64,000 nucleotides of DNA from Alphaproteobacteria bacterium (GCA_965243135.1 OZ251539.1:896001-960000); one strand, 5' to 3'. Counted from the first letter of the stretch, positions 1 through 10,618 are shown. The notes: generated from the letters alone by a model not told the origin. Made by a program: numbers and translations.

Positions 1-1371
1 CGAGAAGCAGGCGTCGCAATACTGCGGACAAGCGGGATCCCGGCGTTCCTCGCCCATCGCGCGGTACAGGCCGTCCATCGACAGGAAGGCCAGGCTGTCG
101 ACGCCGATGATGTCCGCCATCTCGTCGACGCTGTGGCAGGCGCTGAGGAGCTGCTCCCGCCGCGGCGTGTCCACGCCGTAGAAGCAGGGGTGAGCGGTCG
201 GCGGACTCGCGATTCGCATGTGAACCTCGGTCGCGCCCGCCGACCGGACCATTTCGACGATCTTCGTCGAGGTGGTTCCGCGGACGATGCTGTCGTCGAC
301 CAGCACGACGCGCTTGCCGCGAAGCGCCTCGTCGTTGGCGTTGTGCTTGAGCTTGACTCCGAGGTGCCGGATGCGGTCGGTGGGCTCGATGAACGTCCGG
401 CCGACGTAATGATTGCGGATGATGCCGAGTTCGTAGGGCAGGCCGGCCTGCCGGGCGTAGCCGAGCGCGGCGGGAACTCCGGAATCCGGCACCGGGACGA
501 CCGCGTCGGCCGCGACGGGAGATTCCATGGCGAGTTCGGCGCCGATCCTTCTTCTGGCTTCGTAGACGTTCCGGCCTTCGAGCCTGCTGTCCGGCCGCGC
601 GAAATAGACGTACTCGAATATGCAGAACCGCCGGGACCTGGATTCGAACGGGCGCAGGGACCGCGCCCCGTCGGCGTCGATCAGCAGCATTTCTCCGGGT
701 TCGACGTCCCGGACGCGTTCCGCGCCGATGATGTCGAAGGCGCATGTTTCCGACGCCAGGACATGCGCGTTTTCGAGGCGGCCGAGCGCCAGGGGCCGGA
801 CGCCGTGCGGATCCCGTATGCCGATCAGGGTGTCGTTGTGAAGCGCGACCAGGGAATACGCGCCTTCGACCTGGCGAAGCGCCGCGACGATGCGGTCCTC
901 CACCGCGCCGAATTCCGCGGTGGCGATCAGGTGGACGATGACTTCGGTGTCGGTCGACGACTGGAAGAGGCAGCCGCGCTTCACGAGCGCGTCCTTCAGC
1001 GTCAGCGCATTGGTGAGGTTGCCGTTATGGGCGATCGCGAAGCCGCCGGAGGCGAACTCCGCGAACAGGGGCTGGATATTGCGGGCGATGGTCGCGCCCG
1101 TGGTCGCGTAGCGGTTGTGCCCGATGCCCGTGTCGCCGGGCAGGCGGCCGATGACGTCCCCGTCGCCGAAATTCTCCCCGACGCCGCCGAGCGCGCGATG
1201 TCCGAAGAACCGTCCGTCCCGAAAGGTGACGATGCCGGCCGCTTCCTGTCCCCGGTGCTGGAGCGCGTGCAGCCCGAGAGCGATGAGCGCGGCGGCGTCC
1301 TCGTGGCCGTGAATGCCGAAGACTCCGCATTTTTCGCGCAGGCCGTCGAACGAAGCGGGCGTCGCCGGCAT
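1..1371 (-). CDS. purF: Amidophosphoribosyltransferase (3' end beyond window)
   Basis: Manual translation MPATPASFDGLREKCGVFGIHG...LHALQHRGQEAAGI (N-terminal Cys glutaminase); VLVDDSIVRGTT PRPP motif; follows cvpA. Confidence 0.95.
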   Translation of the reverse strand, partial: MPATPASFDGLREKCGVFGIHGHEDAAALIALGLHALQHRGQEAAGIVTFRDGRFFGHRALGGVGENFGDGDVIGRLPGDTGIGHNRYATTGATIARNIQPLFAEFASGGFAIAHNGNLTNALTLKDALVKRGCLFQSSTDTEVIVHLIATAEFGAVEDRIVAALRQVEGAYSLVALHNDTLIGIRDPHGVRPLALGRLENAHVLASETCAFDIIGAERVRDVEPGEMLLIDADGARSLRPFESRSRRFCIFEYVYFARPDSRLEGRNVYEARRRIGAELAMESPVAADAVVPVPDSGVPAALGYARQAGLPYELGIIRNHYVGRTFIEPTDRIRHLGVKLKHNANDEALRGKRVVLVDDSIVRGTTSTKIVEMVRSAGATEVHMRIASPPTAHPCFYGVDTPRREQLLSACHSVDEMADIIGVDSLAFLSMDGLYRAMGEERRDPACPQYCDACFS

Positions 1372-1372
1372 C

Positions 1373-1990
1373 TTATTGCTGGCTGCGGATCAGGCGGTCC
1401 ATTTCCCGCCGTTCGCTTTCGTTGTAGCCGGGTTTGGGGGGCGTCTCCTTGGTCCGCGGCGTCAGCAGCGTCCGGTAGGCCTCCTCGCGGTCCGGTCCCG
1501 GCATCGGAACGAATCCCCAGTCCGAAGGCGCGAGCGACAGCAGCGCGGCGGCGCCTCGCCTGACCAGAGGCAGCGTCCGCGCGTCCTTGTAGAACGCCGT
1601 TTCGTCGGTCATTTCCAGGACATTCTGGCTCAGGACGTATCCGCCGCAGACGATGACGGCGCCGATAGCGAGACCGCACAGCATGCCGAGGGTCCGGTCG
1701 AGCGCGCCGAACGCGCTTTTCCGCACGCTGCCCGCGACCGCGTGGCTCACCAGGGTGAGGACCACCATGGTGGACACGAACAGCGCGGCGGCGGCGGCGA
1801 CGTCGGCGATGAGTCCAGGACCGATCCAGTCCCGGGCGAAGGGACGCGCGTAGGAGAAACCGTATATCGTCGCCAGGGAGGCTCCGACCCAGCCGCCGAG
1901 TCCGAGCACGACCCGCGCGAGGCCCAGCCGCAGCGCGACGACGCCGGAGAGGACGATCACGACCGCCGCCGCGATGTCCGCCGCGCTCAT
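1373..1990 (-). CDS. cvpA: CvpA family membrane protein
   Basis: Hydrophobic protein with ALDRTLGMLCG motif, between radA and purF; ATG overlaps radA stop. Confidence 0.9.
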   Translation of the reverse strand: MSAADIAAAVVIVLSGVVALRLGLARVVLGLGGWVGASLATIYGFSYARPFARDWIGPGLIADVAAAAALFVSTMVVLTLVSHAVAGSVRKSAFGALDRTLGMLCGLAIGAVIVCGGYVLSQNVLEMTDETAFYKDARTLPLVRRGAAALLSLAPSDWGFVPMPGPDREEAYRTLLTPRTKETPPKPGYNESERREMDRLIRSQQ

Positions 1991-3339
1991 GCGCAGGCCT
2001 CCGCCCCGGCGCTTTCGAACCGGGACATCATGTCGCGCAGGCTTCTCGTTTCGACGACTTTCAGTCCCGGCGGCCCGTCGGCTCCGCGCCGGGAGCAGGG
2101 CGTCCAGGCCGCGTCGAACCCGAGCTTGGCGGCTTCCCTCAGGCGCAGGTCCGTTCGGCTGACCGATCTGATCTCGCCCGAAAGGCCGATCTCTCCGAAA
2201 ACGACGGTGTCCGGCATCGCCGTCCGGTCGAGGGCGGCCGACGTCAGGGCGGCGGCCGCCGCCAGATCGGCCGCGGGTTCCGTTATCCGCAACCCGCCGG
2301 CCACGTTGAGGTAGATGTCGCGGCCGGACAACGTCAATCCGCATCTGGTTTCGAGAACCGCAAGGACCATCGCGAGCCGTCCCGAATCCCATCCGATCAC
2401 CGCGCGCCGCGGCGTTCCCGGCACGGACGCGCCGACCAGCGCCTGGATTTCGACGAGAACGGGACGGGTTCCCTCGATGCCGGCGAACACGGCCGTGCCC
2501 GCCACGCCTTCCTGGCGGTCCGCCAGGAACAGCTCCGACGGGTTGCCGACCTGCGCCAGGCCGCTGCCCGTCATCTCGAACACGCCGATTTCGTCCGTCG
2601 GCCCGAACCGGTTCTTCGTCGCCCGCAGAATCCTGAACCGATGACCGCGGTCGCCCTCGAAATAGAGGACCGTGTCGACCATGTGCTCCAGCATGCGCGG
2701 CCCCGCGATCGCGCCCTCCTTGGTCACGTGACCGACCAGCACCAGACTGAAGCCGCGCCGCTTCGCAAGGCGAATCAGCATGTCGGCCGAACTCCGCACC
2801 TGCGAGACGGTTCCCGGCACGGAATCCAGAGAATCAAGATACATCGTCTGAATCGAATCGACGATCACCAGGCGGGGCGGCGACGGCTTGTCGAAGGTGG
2901 CGGCGACGTCGCGAACGGAAGTCGCCGCCGCAACGCGCGCGGGCGCCGTCGACAGCCCCAGCCGGCGCGCCCGCATGCGGACCTGGTCCACCGACTCCTC
3001 GCCCGAGACGTAGGCGCATTCGGCGCCGCTCGAAATCGCGCCGGCGACCTGCAGCAGCAGCGTCGACTTGCCGATGCCGGGGTCGCCGCCGAGCAGAACC
3101 GCGGATCCAGCGACCAGGCCGCCGCCCGCCGCGCGGTCGAACTCCTGGATGCCGGATGCCAGCCGCGGGAGGTTGCCCTCGTCGCCGTCGAGGGCGGCGA
3201 GGGGAATTTCCCGGCCGCCCGAAGGCCTGTCGCCTGCCTCCGCGATCGTGTTCCAGTCGCCGCAGGAGTCGCACTGTCCTTGCCACTTGCGGTAGGCGGC
3301 GCCGCAGCTTCTGCAGGCATGGCCGGGCGCCGCGGTCAC
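1987..3339 (-). CDS. radA: DNA repair protein RadA/Sms
   Basis: CxxC...CxxC zinc finger, GDPGIGKSTLL Walker A, KNRFG motif; GTG start overlaps upstream stop. Confidence 0.95.
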   Translation of the reverse strand: MTAAPGHACRSCGAAYRKWQGQCDSCGDWNTIAEAGDRPSGGREIPLAALDGDEGNLPRLASGIQEFDRAAGGGLVAGSAVLLGGDPGIGKSTLLLQVAGAISSGAECAYVSGEESVDQVRMRARRLGLSTAPARVAAATSVRDVAATFDKPSPPRLVIVDSIQTMYLDSLDSVPGTVSQVRSSADMLIRLAKRRGFSLVLVGHVTKEGAIAGPRMLEHMVDTVLYFEGDRGHRFRILRATKNRFGPTDEIGVFEMTGSGLAQVGNPSELFLADRQEGVAGTAVFAGIEGTRPVLVEIQALVGASVPGTPRRAVIGWDSGRLAMVLAVLETRCGLTLSGRDIYLNVAGGLRITEPAADLAAAAALTSAALDRTAMPDTVVFGEIGLSGEIRSVSRTDLRLREAAKLGFDAAWTPCSRRGADGPPGLKVVETRSLRDMMSRFESAGAEACA

Positions 3340-4082
3340 GGCCGCTCCGGCGGGCGGCCGCGAACGAAACCGTCGACGACCGCGTTGCCGCTGTTCCCGG
3401 CTTCGTCCACGCCTCCCGTCCAGATCGCCGCGCCTTCGTGAAGCATGACGATCCGGTCGCCGATCCGGCGGGCGCTTTCCATGTCGTGCGTGATGGTGAG
3501 CGCCGCCGCTCCCAGCTCCCGAACGCATTTGACGATCAGGCGGTCGACGATGTCTCCCATGAGCGGGTCGATCCCGGTCGTCGGCTCGTCGAAGAAGAGG
3601 ATTTCGGGCCGGGACGCGATCGCCCGCGCGAGGCCGACCCGCTTCTGGGCGCCGGCGGAAATCTGGGCCGGATAACGGTCGGCGGCGTCCGCGCCGAGAC
3701 CCACCTCCGCCAGCAGTTGGACGGCCAGCCGCCGCGCCTCCGAACGGCCGTGGAGCGGGGCGAGCCGGAACGCGACGTTTTCCCAAAGGGTGAGGGAATC
3801 GAACAGCGCCGCGCCCTGGAAGAGCATTCCGATCTTCCGGTTGACGCGATCGCGCGCGGCGCCGGACGCGCCTGCGATTTCGACGCCGTCGAGACGGATG
3901 GAGCCGGAATCCGGGGCGAGGAGCCCGACCACGGTCTTGATCAGGACGGACTTCCCGGTGCCGGACGCGCCGATGACGACGAGGCTTTCGCCGTCCAGCA
4001 GGTCGAGGTCGAGGCCGCGCAGCACGCGCTTGGGGCCGAAGGATTTCTCGAGCCCGCGGATCTCGATCCTGGCCTTCGTCAT
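3336..4082 (-). CDS. mlaF: ABC transporter ATP-binding protein (MlaF/Ttg2A-like)
   Basis: GASGTGKS, FDEPTTGIDP, ITHD; follows MlaE. Confidence 0.85.
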   Translation of the reverse strand: MTKARIEIRGLEKSFGPKRVLRGLDLDLLDGESLVVIGASGTGKSVLIKTVVGLLAPDSGSIRLDGVEIAGASGAARDRVNRKIGMLFQGAALFDSLTLWENVAFRLAPLHGRSEARRLAVQLLAEVGLGADAADRYPAQISAGAQKRVGLARAIASRPEILFFDEPTTGIDPLMGDIVDRLIVKCVRELGAAALTITHDMESARRIGDRIVMLHEGAAIWTGGVDEAGNSGNAVVDGFVRGRPPERP

Positions 4083-4852
4083 TGGGCGAAGAACGCTTCG
4101 GTGATGACGTAGTTGGAGGCGAGGATCAGAATGGACGCGGAAACCACGGCGTTCGTGGTGGCGGCGCCCACGCCTTGCGCCCCGCCGCGCGAATGGTAGC
4201 CGTGGTAGCAGCCCATGAGAGCGATCAGGAACCCGAAGACCGCCGCCTTCACGAGGCCCGACGCCACGTCGGCCGTTTCGAGAAACCGGAAAGTGTTTTC
4301 GATGTAGACGCCGCCGTTGAACGACAGCTTGTGCACGGAAATCAGGTAGCCGCCGAACACGCCGATGACGTCGGCCACCAGCACGCAGCAAGGCAGCATG
4401 ATCGTCCCCGCCAGCAGGCGCGGGGCGACCAGATACTTGTAAGGATTGGTGGACAGGGTCGCGAGCGCGTCGATCTGCTCGGTGACCCGCATCGTGCCGA
4501 TCTCCGCCGCCATGGCGGCGCCGATCCGGCCCGCCACCATCAGTCCCGCCAGCACGGGAGCGAGTTCCCGGGTGACGGAGAGGACGACGACCGTGGCCAC
4601 GGCGCTTTCGGCGTTGAACCGGGCGAAGCCGGTGTAGCTCTGCAGCGCGAGCACCATTCCGGTGAAGACGGCCGTGAGGCCGACCACGGGCAGCGAGTAG
4701 TAGCCGATGTCGAGGACCTGCCGCAGCAGGAGGCGGGGATAGAAGGGCGGCCGGAAGACGTGGCTGACGCCGGCGCCCGCGAACAGCGCCAGCCGTCCGG
4801 TGGCCGCCAGGAAGGCGAGAAAGACGCGTCCGACGGCGGCGACGAAGTTCAC
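4079..4852 (-). CDS. mlaE: MlaE family ABC permease
   Basis: RELAPVLAGLMVAGRIGAAMAAEIGTMRVTEQIDAL signature. Confidence 0.9.
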   Translation of the reverse strand: MNFVAAVGRVFLAFLAATGRLALFAGAGVSHVFRPPFYPRLLLRQVLDIGYYSLPVVGLTAVFTGMVLALQSYTGFARFNAESAVATVVVLSVTRELAPVLAGLMVAGRIGAAMAAEIGTMRVTEQIDALATLSTNPYKYLVAPRLLAGTIMLPCCVLVADVIGVFGGYLISVHKLSFNGGVYIENTFRFLETADVASGLVKAAVFGFLIALMGCYHGYHSRGGAQGVGAATTNAVVSASILILASNYVITEAFFAQ

Positions 4853-5922
4853 GGCAGGTAGCGCCGCTCGTAGCGGCGGCCCAGCGCGGTCAGGATTTCG
4901 TATCCGATCGTTCCGGCTTCTTCGGCCAGATCGTCCACCGTGTGGCGGTCGCAGATCAGGTCGATATGGGCGCCCGGCCTGGCGGCCGCCTCGGGAACCC
5001 TCGAAACGTCGAACGTGGCGAGATCCATCGAAACAACACCTGCCACGGGCACTTTCACTCCGTCGAGATATCCGTGACCGCGATTGCCGAGCGATCGAAG
5101 GTAGCCGTCCGCGTAGCCCGCCGCCACGGTGGCGAGCCGCGCGCCCTTCGGCACCCGGCAAGTCGCATCGTAGCCTACCGTCATGGCGCTTTCAACGACC
5201 CGCACCTGCAGAATCCGAGCCTTCAGCCGCGCGACCTGGCGCGTCTTGCCGCCGATGCCGAAGAGCGCCGCGCCCGGCCGGGTCAGCTGGTAGCGATACG
5301 CCGGTCCGAGAAAGATTCCCGCCGAATTCGCGAGCGAGGCGGGGGCCGCGGGAAGCGCGCCGCGCAACTCGTCGAACAGACGCCGCTGGCGTTCGTTCAT
5401 CGGATGGTCGGGTTGGTCCGCGCAGGCGAGGTGGCTCATCACGAAGTCGACGTCGAGGCCGCGCAGCGCGTCCCGTTCCAGCGACCGCGCTTCCGCCGGC
5501 GTCAGGCCGAGCCTGGCCATGCCGGTGTCGACGGCGAGGATCGCGCGCCGTGCGGCGCCCGCGTCGCGGGCGCGGGCGCTCCAGAGCGCGATGTCCTCTC
5601 GCGTGTTGAGCACGGGAATCAGCCGGCCGGCCTCGCAGGCGTCCGCGCCTTCCGGGCAGGCGAGTCCGTCGAGGAGGTAGATGTCGGCGGATTCGCCGAG
5701 CGCCGCCCGGAGGGCGAGGCCTTCGCCGGGGCGGGCGGCGAAAAAACGCCTGCATCCGGCCGCATGCAGCGCCCGCCCGACCTGCTCCAGACCCAGGCCG
5801 TAGGCGTCGGCCTTGATCATTCCGGCGCATTCCGCCGGTCGCGAGCGGTCGCGAAGCGCGCGCCAGTTCGCGGCGACGGCGGCGAGATCTACGGTGAGGA
5901 CGGCGTGGCGCGGCGCGTTCAG
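4849..5922 (-). CDS. alr: Alanine racemase (probable CTG start)
   Basis: IKADAYG PLP-lysine motif, DTGMARLG, GYADG; conserved N-terminal LTVDLAAVAANWRAL lies upstream of the first ATG (5820). Confidence 0.9.
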   Translation of the reverse strand: MNAPRHAVLTVDLAAVAANWRALRDRSRPAECAGMIKADAYGLGLEQVGRALHAAGCRRFFAARPGEGLALRAALGESADIYLLDGLACPEGADACEAGRLIPVLNTREDIALWSARARDAGAARRAILAVDTGMARLGLTPAEARSLERDALRGLDVDFVMSHLACADQPDHPMNERQRRLFDELRGALPAAPASLANSAGIFLGPAYRYQLTRPGAALFGIGGKTRQVARLKARILQVRVVESAMTVGYDATCRVPKGARLATVAAGYADGYLRSLGNRGHGYLDGVKVPVAGVVSMDLATFDVSRVPEAAARPGAHIDLICDRHTVDDLAEEAGTIGYEILTALGRRYERRYLP

Positions 5923-7448
5923 AACGGCGTATCCCCGTAGGCGTCGTCGTCCCTGCGTCCGCCGCCGTAGCCTTCGTCTTCGAGATTGTCGAATCTGGTC
6001 GCTTCCGCGTGGAAGCGCAGAGGCACGGTTCCGGTGGGGCCGTGGCGCTGCTTGGCGATGATGATCTCCGCCTTCTTGCTCTCTTTTTCCATCTCGCTAT
6101 CCCACCATGCCTTTTTCCTGTTGAAGGTTTCCTGCGTTTCGCTCGGCTTTTGAAGCGGCTCCATCCGCTGCAGGTAGTATTCCTGCCGGAATATGAACAT
6201 CACGACGTCCGCGTCCTGTTCGATCGTCCCGGATTCCCTCAGATCCGCGAGCAGCGGCCGCTTGTCCTCGCGCTGTTCCACGGCGCGGCTCAGCTGGGAC
6301 AGCGCCAGCACGGGAATGTCGAGTTCCTTGGCCAGGGCCTTGAGGCCGCGCGTTATCTCCGCAACCTCCTGAACCCGGCTCGGATCGCGGGTCGGGGCCT
6401 GAACCAGTTGCAGGTAATCGACGATGATCAGGCCGAGGCCCTGCTGCCGCTTCAGGCGCCGCGCCCGGGTGCGCAGCGCCGAGATCGTCAGCGCCGGCGT
6501 GTCGTCGATGTAGATCGGAGCCTTCTGGAGCCGCTGGCTGGCTTCCACCAGCCGGTTGAACTCCGCCTGGTTCAGTTCGCCCTTCCTTATCTTGTCGCTG
6601 GAAATCTGCGCGTTCTCCGCGAGGATCCGGGCGGCGAGCTGTTCGGCCGACATTTCGAGCGAGAAGAAGCCGACGACCGGGTTGTCGACGGGCGTCTCCA
6701 CGCCGTGCTCGTCGACGAAGGAAGCGTTGGCCGTGGCGATGTTGAAGGCGATGTTCGTCGCCAGCGCCGTCTTGCCCATGGACGGCCTGCCCGCGAGGAC
6801 GACCAGATCGGATTTGTGGAGCCCGCCGAGCATCTCGTCGAGCTTCCAGAATCTGGTCGGCAAGCCGCCGTATGCGCCGTCCCGCTTGCTGGCCGCGGCG
6901 GCCGTGTTGATCGCGCTCGTCAACGAATCGGCGAAACTGCGGAAACCGCCTTCGTAGCTGCCGTGCGTCGCGAGATTGTAGAGGCTCTGCTCGGCCGTCT
7001 CGATTTGCCGCGCCGCGCTGCCGTCGGGATCGTGGGAGTAGGCCTCGTTGACGACGTCGGTGCCGAGTTCGATCAGTTCGCGCCGCAGGTGCAGGTCGTA
7101 GATCAGCCGGCCGTAATCCTCGGCGTTTATGACGGTCAGGGTCGCGGCGGCCAGTTCGGCGAGATAGCGATGGCCGCCCATTTTCTCGAATTCGGCGGTT
7201 TCGAAGACGTGCCTCAGGGTCGTCGGATTGGCGAGCTGTCCGCGCTCGATCAGCCGGCTGCAGGCGTCGAAGATGCGGCCGTGCGCGGCGTCGGCGAAGT
7301 GCTCCGCGCGCAGGAACTCCGAAACGCGCTCGTAGGCGCCGTTGTTCTCGAGGATTGCGCCCAGCAGCCCCATCTCCGCTTCGAGATTGGCTGGCGGCTG
7401 GCGGTAATCCAGCTTTTCGTCGTTCAGGCTTCTGAGCGGAACGGCCAC
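5919..7448 (-). CDS. dnaB: Replicative DNA helicase
   Basis: AGRPSMGKT, FSLEMS, IIVDYLQL, DLRESGTIEQDAD, KQRHGP motifs. Confidence 0.97.
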   Translation of the reverse strand: MAVPLRSLNDEKLDYRQPPANLEAEMGLLGAILENNGAYERVSEFLRAEHFADAAHGRIFDACSRLIERGQLANPTTLRHVFETAEFEKMGGHRYLAELAAATLTVINAEDYGRLIYDLHLRRELIELGTDVVNEAYSHDPDGSAARQIETAEQSLYNLATHGSYEGGFRSFADSLTSAINTAAAASKRDGAYGGLPTRFWKLDEMLGGLHKSDLVVLAGRPSMGKTALATNIAFNIATANASFVDEHGVETPVDNPVVGFFSLEMSAEQLAARILAENAQISSDKIRKGELNQAEFNRLVEASQRLQKAPIYIDDTPALTISALRTRARRLKRQQGLGLIIVDYLQLVQAPTRDPSRVQEVAEITRGLKALAKELDIPVLALSQLSRAVEQREDKRPLLADLRESGTIEQDADVVMFIFRQEYYLQRMEPLQKPSETQETFNRKKAWWDSEMEKESKKAEIIIAKQRHGPTGTVPLRFHAEATRFDNLEDEGYGGGRRDDDAYGDTPF

Positions 7449-7661
7449 GTCGATGTTCCCGCGATTGGATTCGATGCAAGCTACGCTCCCCGGACCGAAT
7501 CGGGGTGATTCTCGTCGACGTTCCGGCGCCGCCGGATGGGGAAACGGTGGACCGATTCCGGTTCGGCGCCGTTCGCTGTGGATAGCGTGGACGCCGGCGC
7601 TCCGCGCCGGGCCTCGACGTTCGGCGCGGAGCGGTTGCCCCTTGCCCGCGCGCGGCCGGAA

Positions 7662-8900
7662 TCAGGCGGCGAGGTCGTACCGGCGTTCCTTCGCCGCTTG
7701 CGCGCGTTCCCACTCGAACATGTAGTCGCGGGTCAGCGGCGCCGCTTCCAGGGATTTCGTCAGCTGCACCTGGAACACCATCAGGTTCTCGTGGCGGAAG
7801 CCCATTTCGCAGATGATCAGATAGAGTTCCCACATGCGGCAGAAGCGCTCGTCGTAGATCGCCGCGGCCTCGTCCCGGCGGGCGACGAACGCCTCGCGCC
7901 AAAGCCGCAGCGTCTCGGCGTAGTGCAGCCGCAGAATCTCGATGTCGGTGCAGAACAGGCCGGAGCGTTCGACGACGGGCGTAATCTCGGACAGCGCCGG
8001 GATGTCTGCGCCGGGAAAGATGTACTTCCGGATGAACGGGTTGATCGGCGCCGGGGTGTCGAGCCGGCCGATGGAATGCAGGATCGCCACGCCGTCGTCG
8101 GCAAGCAGGTCCCGGAGCTTGCCGAAGAATTCGGCGTAGTTGCGCTTGCCGACATGCTCGAACATGCCGACCGAGACGATGCGGTCGAAATTCTCCGTCA
8201 GTTCCCGGTAGTCCCGCAGGTGGAACCGGACGCGGTCGTCGAGCCCGGCCGCGCGCGCTCTTTCGTTGGCGACCCGGTGCTGTTCGGTGGACAGCGTGAC
8301 GCCGGTCACGCCGGCGTCGCAGAGGCCGGCAATGTACAGGCCGAGTCCGCCCCATCCCGAGCCGATGTCGAGCACGTTCAGCCCGTCGCGGTCGAGCAGC
8401 ATCTTGGAGGCGAGGTGCCGTTTCTTGTTGGCCTGCGCGGTTTCGATGTCGTCGTCGGGACTCATGAAGTAGGCGCAGGAATACTGGCGGTCGCGGTCCA
8501 GAAACAGGTCGTAGAGTCCGTCGGACAGATCGTAATGGTGGGCGACGTTCTTCCGCGCGGCGCCGATCGGGTTGTATTGCTTCACCTTGCGGCTGCCGAC
8601 GCCGATCCAGCGCAGCGCGTTCGCCAGCGGAAAGTTTTCGATGTTGCCGTAGTTGCGCGCCGCGAGTTCGATGAAGTCGTAGAGCGTGCCGTCCTCGATC
8701 TCGAGGTCGCCGTTCATGTAGGCTTCCGGCACGTAGAGCGACGGGTTCAGGGGGAGGATGTAATCGAGGCTGGCCCTCTTCAGCCGCACGGTGCAGGAAG
8801 GCGGCGAGCCGTCGCCGTGGACGCTCGCCCGGCCGGCGGCGTCGACGATGCGGACCGCGCCGGTCTTGATCGCGAATTTGATCAATGAGCTGAACAGCAT
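7662..8900 (-). CDS. cfa: Cyclopropane-fatty-acyl-phospholipid synthase family methyltransferase
   Basis: NVAHHYDL, QYSCAYF, LDIGSGWG, FDRIVSVGMFEHVG. Confidence 0.9.
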   Translation of the reverse strand: MLFSSLIKFAIKTGAVRIVDAAGRASVHGDGSPPSCTVRLKRASLDYILPLNPSLYVPEAYMNGDLEIEDGTLYDFIELAARNYGNIENFPLANALRWIGVGSRKVKQYNPIGAARKNVAHHYDLSDGLYDLFLDRDRQYSCAYFMSPDDDIETAQANKKRHLASKMLLDRDGLNVLDIGSGWGGLGLYIAGLCDAGVTGVTLSTEQHRVANERARAAGLDDRVRFHLRDYRELTENFDRIVSVGMFEHVGKRNYAEFFGKLRDLLADDGVAILHSIGRLDTPAPINPFIRKYIFPGADIPALSEITPVVERSGLFCTDIEILRLHYAETLRLWREAFVARRDEAAAIYDERFCRMWELYLIICEMGFRHENLMVFQVQLTKSLEAAPLTRDYMFEWERAQAAKERRYDLAA

Positions 8901-9055
8901 GTTCCTTTCTCCACGCTGGCAGTCTGTCGTGTCGCCGAAAGAATAAGGCATTGCCGCCGCCGGTGGCAATTCCGCGTCGGCGGCTTCGTCGTCCGCCGCC
9001 GCGTGTTATTCTGAAGCGGACGGGAACGCCGCCCCTCGCGCTCGGGAGCCACTGA

Positions 9056-10618
9056 ATGCACGTCCAGCCAGACTCGATGACCGGCGCCGAGAGCCTGCTC
9101 GCGACGCTGCTCGCCTGCGGAGTCGACGCCTGCTTCGCCAATCCCGGCACTTCGGAATTGCATCTCGTCACGGCCCTCGAGAGCGAACCGCGCATTCGGT
9201 CGGTTTTGTGCCTGTTCGAAGGGGTGGCGACGGGCGCCGCCGACGGTTACGGCCGCATGAAGGGCAAGCCGGCGGCATCGCTCCTGCATCTCGGCTCGGG
9301 TTTCGCGAACGGTTGGGCCAATCTCCACAACGCCAGGAAAGCGAAGACTCCGGTCGTGAACCTGGTCGGCCAGCATTCCACCTCGCACTTGCCCTTGGGC
9401 GGCTCGCAGGTTTCCGATCTGGAGGGCGTGTCGGGTTCGATATCGGATTGGCTGAAGGCGTCGAATACGGCTTCCGAGGTGGGCGCCGACGCCGCCCGGG
9501 CGATCCGCGCCGCGGTCAGCAAGGGAGGGCAGGTGGCGACGCTCATCCTGCCCGGCGACGCGAGCTGGGAGGCCGGCGGGATCCCCGGCCGGCCGCTCGC
9601 GCCGGAACCGGCGAAGCAGGCGGCCGGCGACAGGATCGAGGAAGCGGCGCGCGTTCTGACCTCCGGCCGCCGCGCGGCCGTTCTGACGACCGGACCGTCC
9701 CTCGCAGGGGAAGGACGGGAAGCCTGCACGCGAATCGCGGCCGCGACCGGCGCCGCGTTCTTCTGTCCTTCGCTGTACCCTCGCATGGAGAGAGGCGCAG
9801 GGCGGATGGCGTTCCGCAGGGTTCCGGCCTGGGGGCAATCGGCGCTGGAAATTCTCGGCGAATTCGACGATCTCGTCCTCGTCGGGACGGAGTCGCCGAT
9901 ACTGGCCTTCGGGCACCCCGAATACGAAAGCGTTCTCGTGCCGGACGCCGTCCGGACGTTCCGGCTCGCCGGCCCGAAAGACGACGTGGCCGGGACGATG
10001 GCCGCGCTGGCCGACCGCGTCGGCGCGAGCGGCGTCGGCGGCGCGTCGCTGTGCGAGCGGACCGCGCCGAGCCTCGCCGAGGGACCGCTGACGGCGGAGG
10101 CGATCGGTCGCGCGATTTGCCGTTTCCTGCCGGAAGGGGCGATCGTTTCCGACGAATCCGGCACCGGCGGCGCGGCGGCGTATCCGCTGGCGGCCGGCGC
10201 CGCCCCGCACGACAGCCTGTACCTTACCGGGGGAGCCATCGGCCAGGCGCTGCCGGTCGCTCTCGGGGCGGCGATCGCGTGTCCGGACCGGAAGGTGCTG
10301 TGCCTGCAAGCCGACGGCGGCGGGATGTACACCCTTCAGGCGCTCTGGAGCATGGCGCGCGAGAGATGCGACGTCACCACGGTCATATTCTCCAACCGCG
10401 TCTACGGCATTCTGGTCCGCTCTCTCGGCCAGTACGGGATCGGAACGAACCGGGTGCCGGATTTGTTCGATCTGTCGAACCCGGATCTGGACTGGGCGCG
10501 ACTCGCGGAGGGCATGGGGGTGGAAGGGCATGTCTGCAATACGTCGGAAGACTTCAATCGCGTTTTCGAGGACTGCATCGGTCGCAAGGGACCGCAGTTG
10601 ATCGAGGCGGTGGTCTGA
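9056..10618 (+). CDS. Thiamine-diphosphate enzyme, acetolactate synthase large-subunit-like
   Basis: FANPGTSE, EGVATGAADGYGR, ADGGGMYT...NRVY TPP motif; start may be ATG 9077. Confidence 0.85.
   Translation: MHVQPDSMTGAESLLATLLACGVDACFANPGTSELHLVTALESEPRIRSVLCLFEGVATGAADGYGRMKGKPAASLLHLGSGFANGWANLHNARKAKTPVVNLVGQHSTSHLPLGGSQVSDLEGVSGSISDWLKASNTASEVGADAARAIRAAVSKGGQVATLILPGDASWEAGGIPGRPLAPEPAKQAAGDRIEEAARVLTSGRRAAVLTTGPSLAGEGREACTRIAAATGAAFFCPSLYPRMERGAGRMAFRRVPAWGQSALEILGEFDDLVLVGTESPILAFGHPEYESVLVPDAVRTFRLAGPKDDVAGTMAALADRVGASGVGGASLCERTAPSLAEGPLTAEAIGRAICRFLPEGAIVSDESGTGGAAAYPLAAGAAPHDSLYLTGGAIGQALPVALGAAIACPDRKVLCLQADGGGMYTLQALWSMARERCDVTTVIFSNRVYGILVRSLGQYGIGTNRVPDLFDLSNPDLDWARLAEGMGVEGHVCNTSEDFNRVFEDCIGRKGPQLIEAVV

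Noticed and set aside
133-1563. 476-aa plus-strand ORF
   Set aside because: Antisense shadow of purF
6097-9195. 1032-aa ORF, and similar long Arg/Pro-rich ORFs such as 53539-56847 and 42970-45678
   Set aside because: Off-frame or antisense shadows of real genes in high-GC DNA
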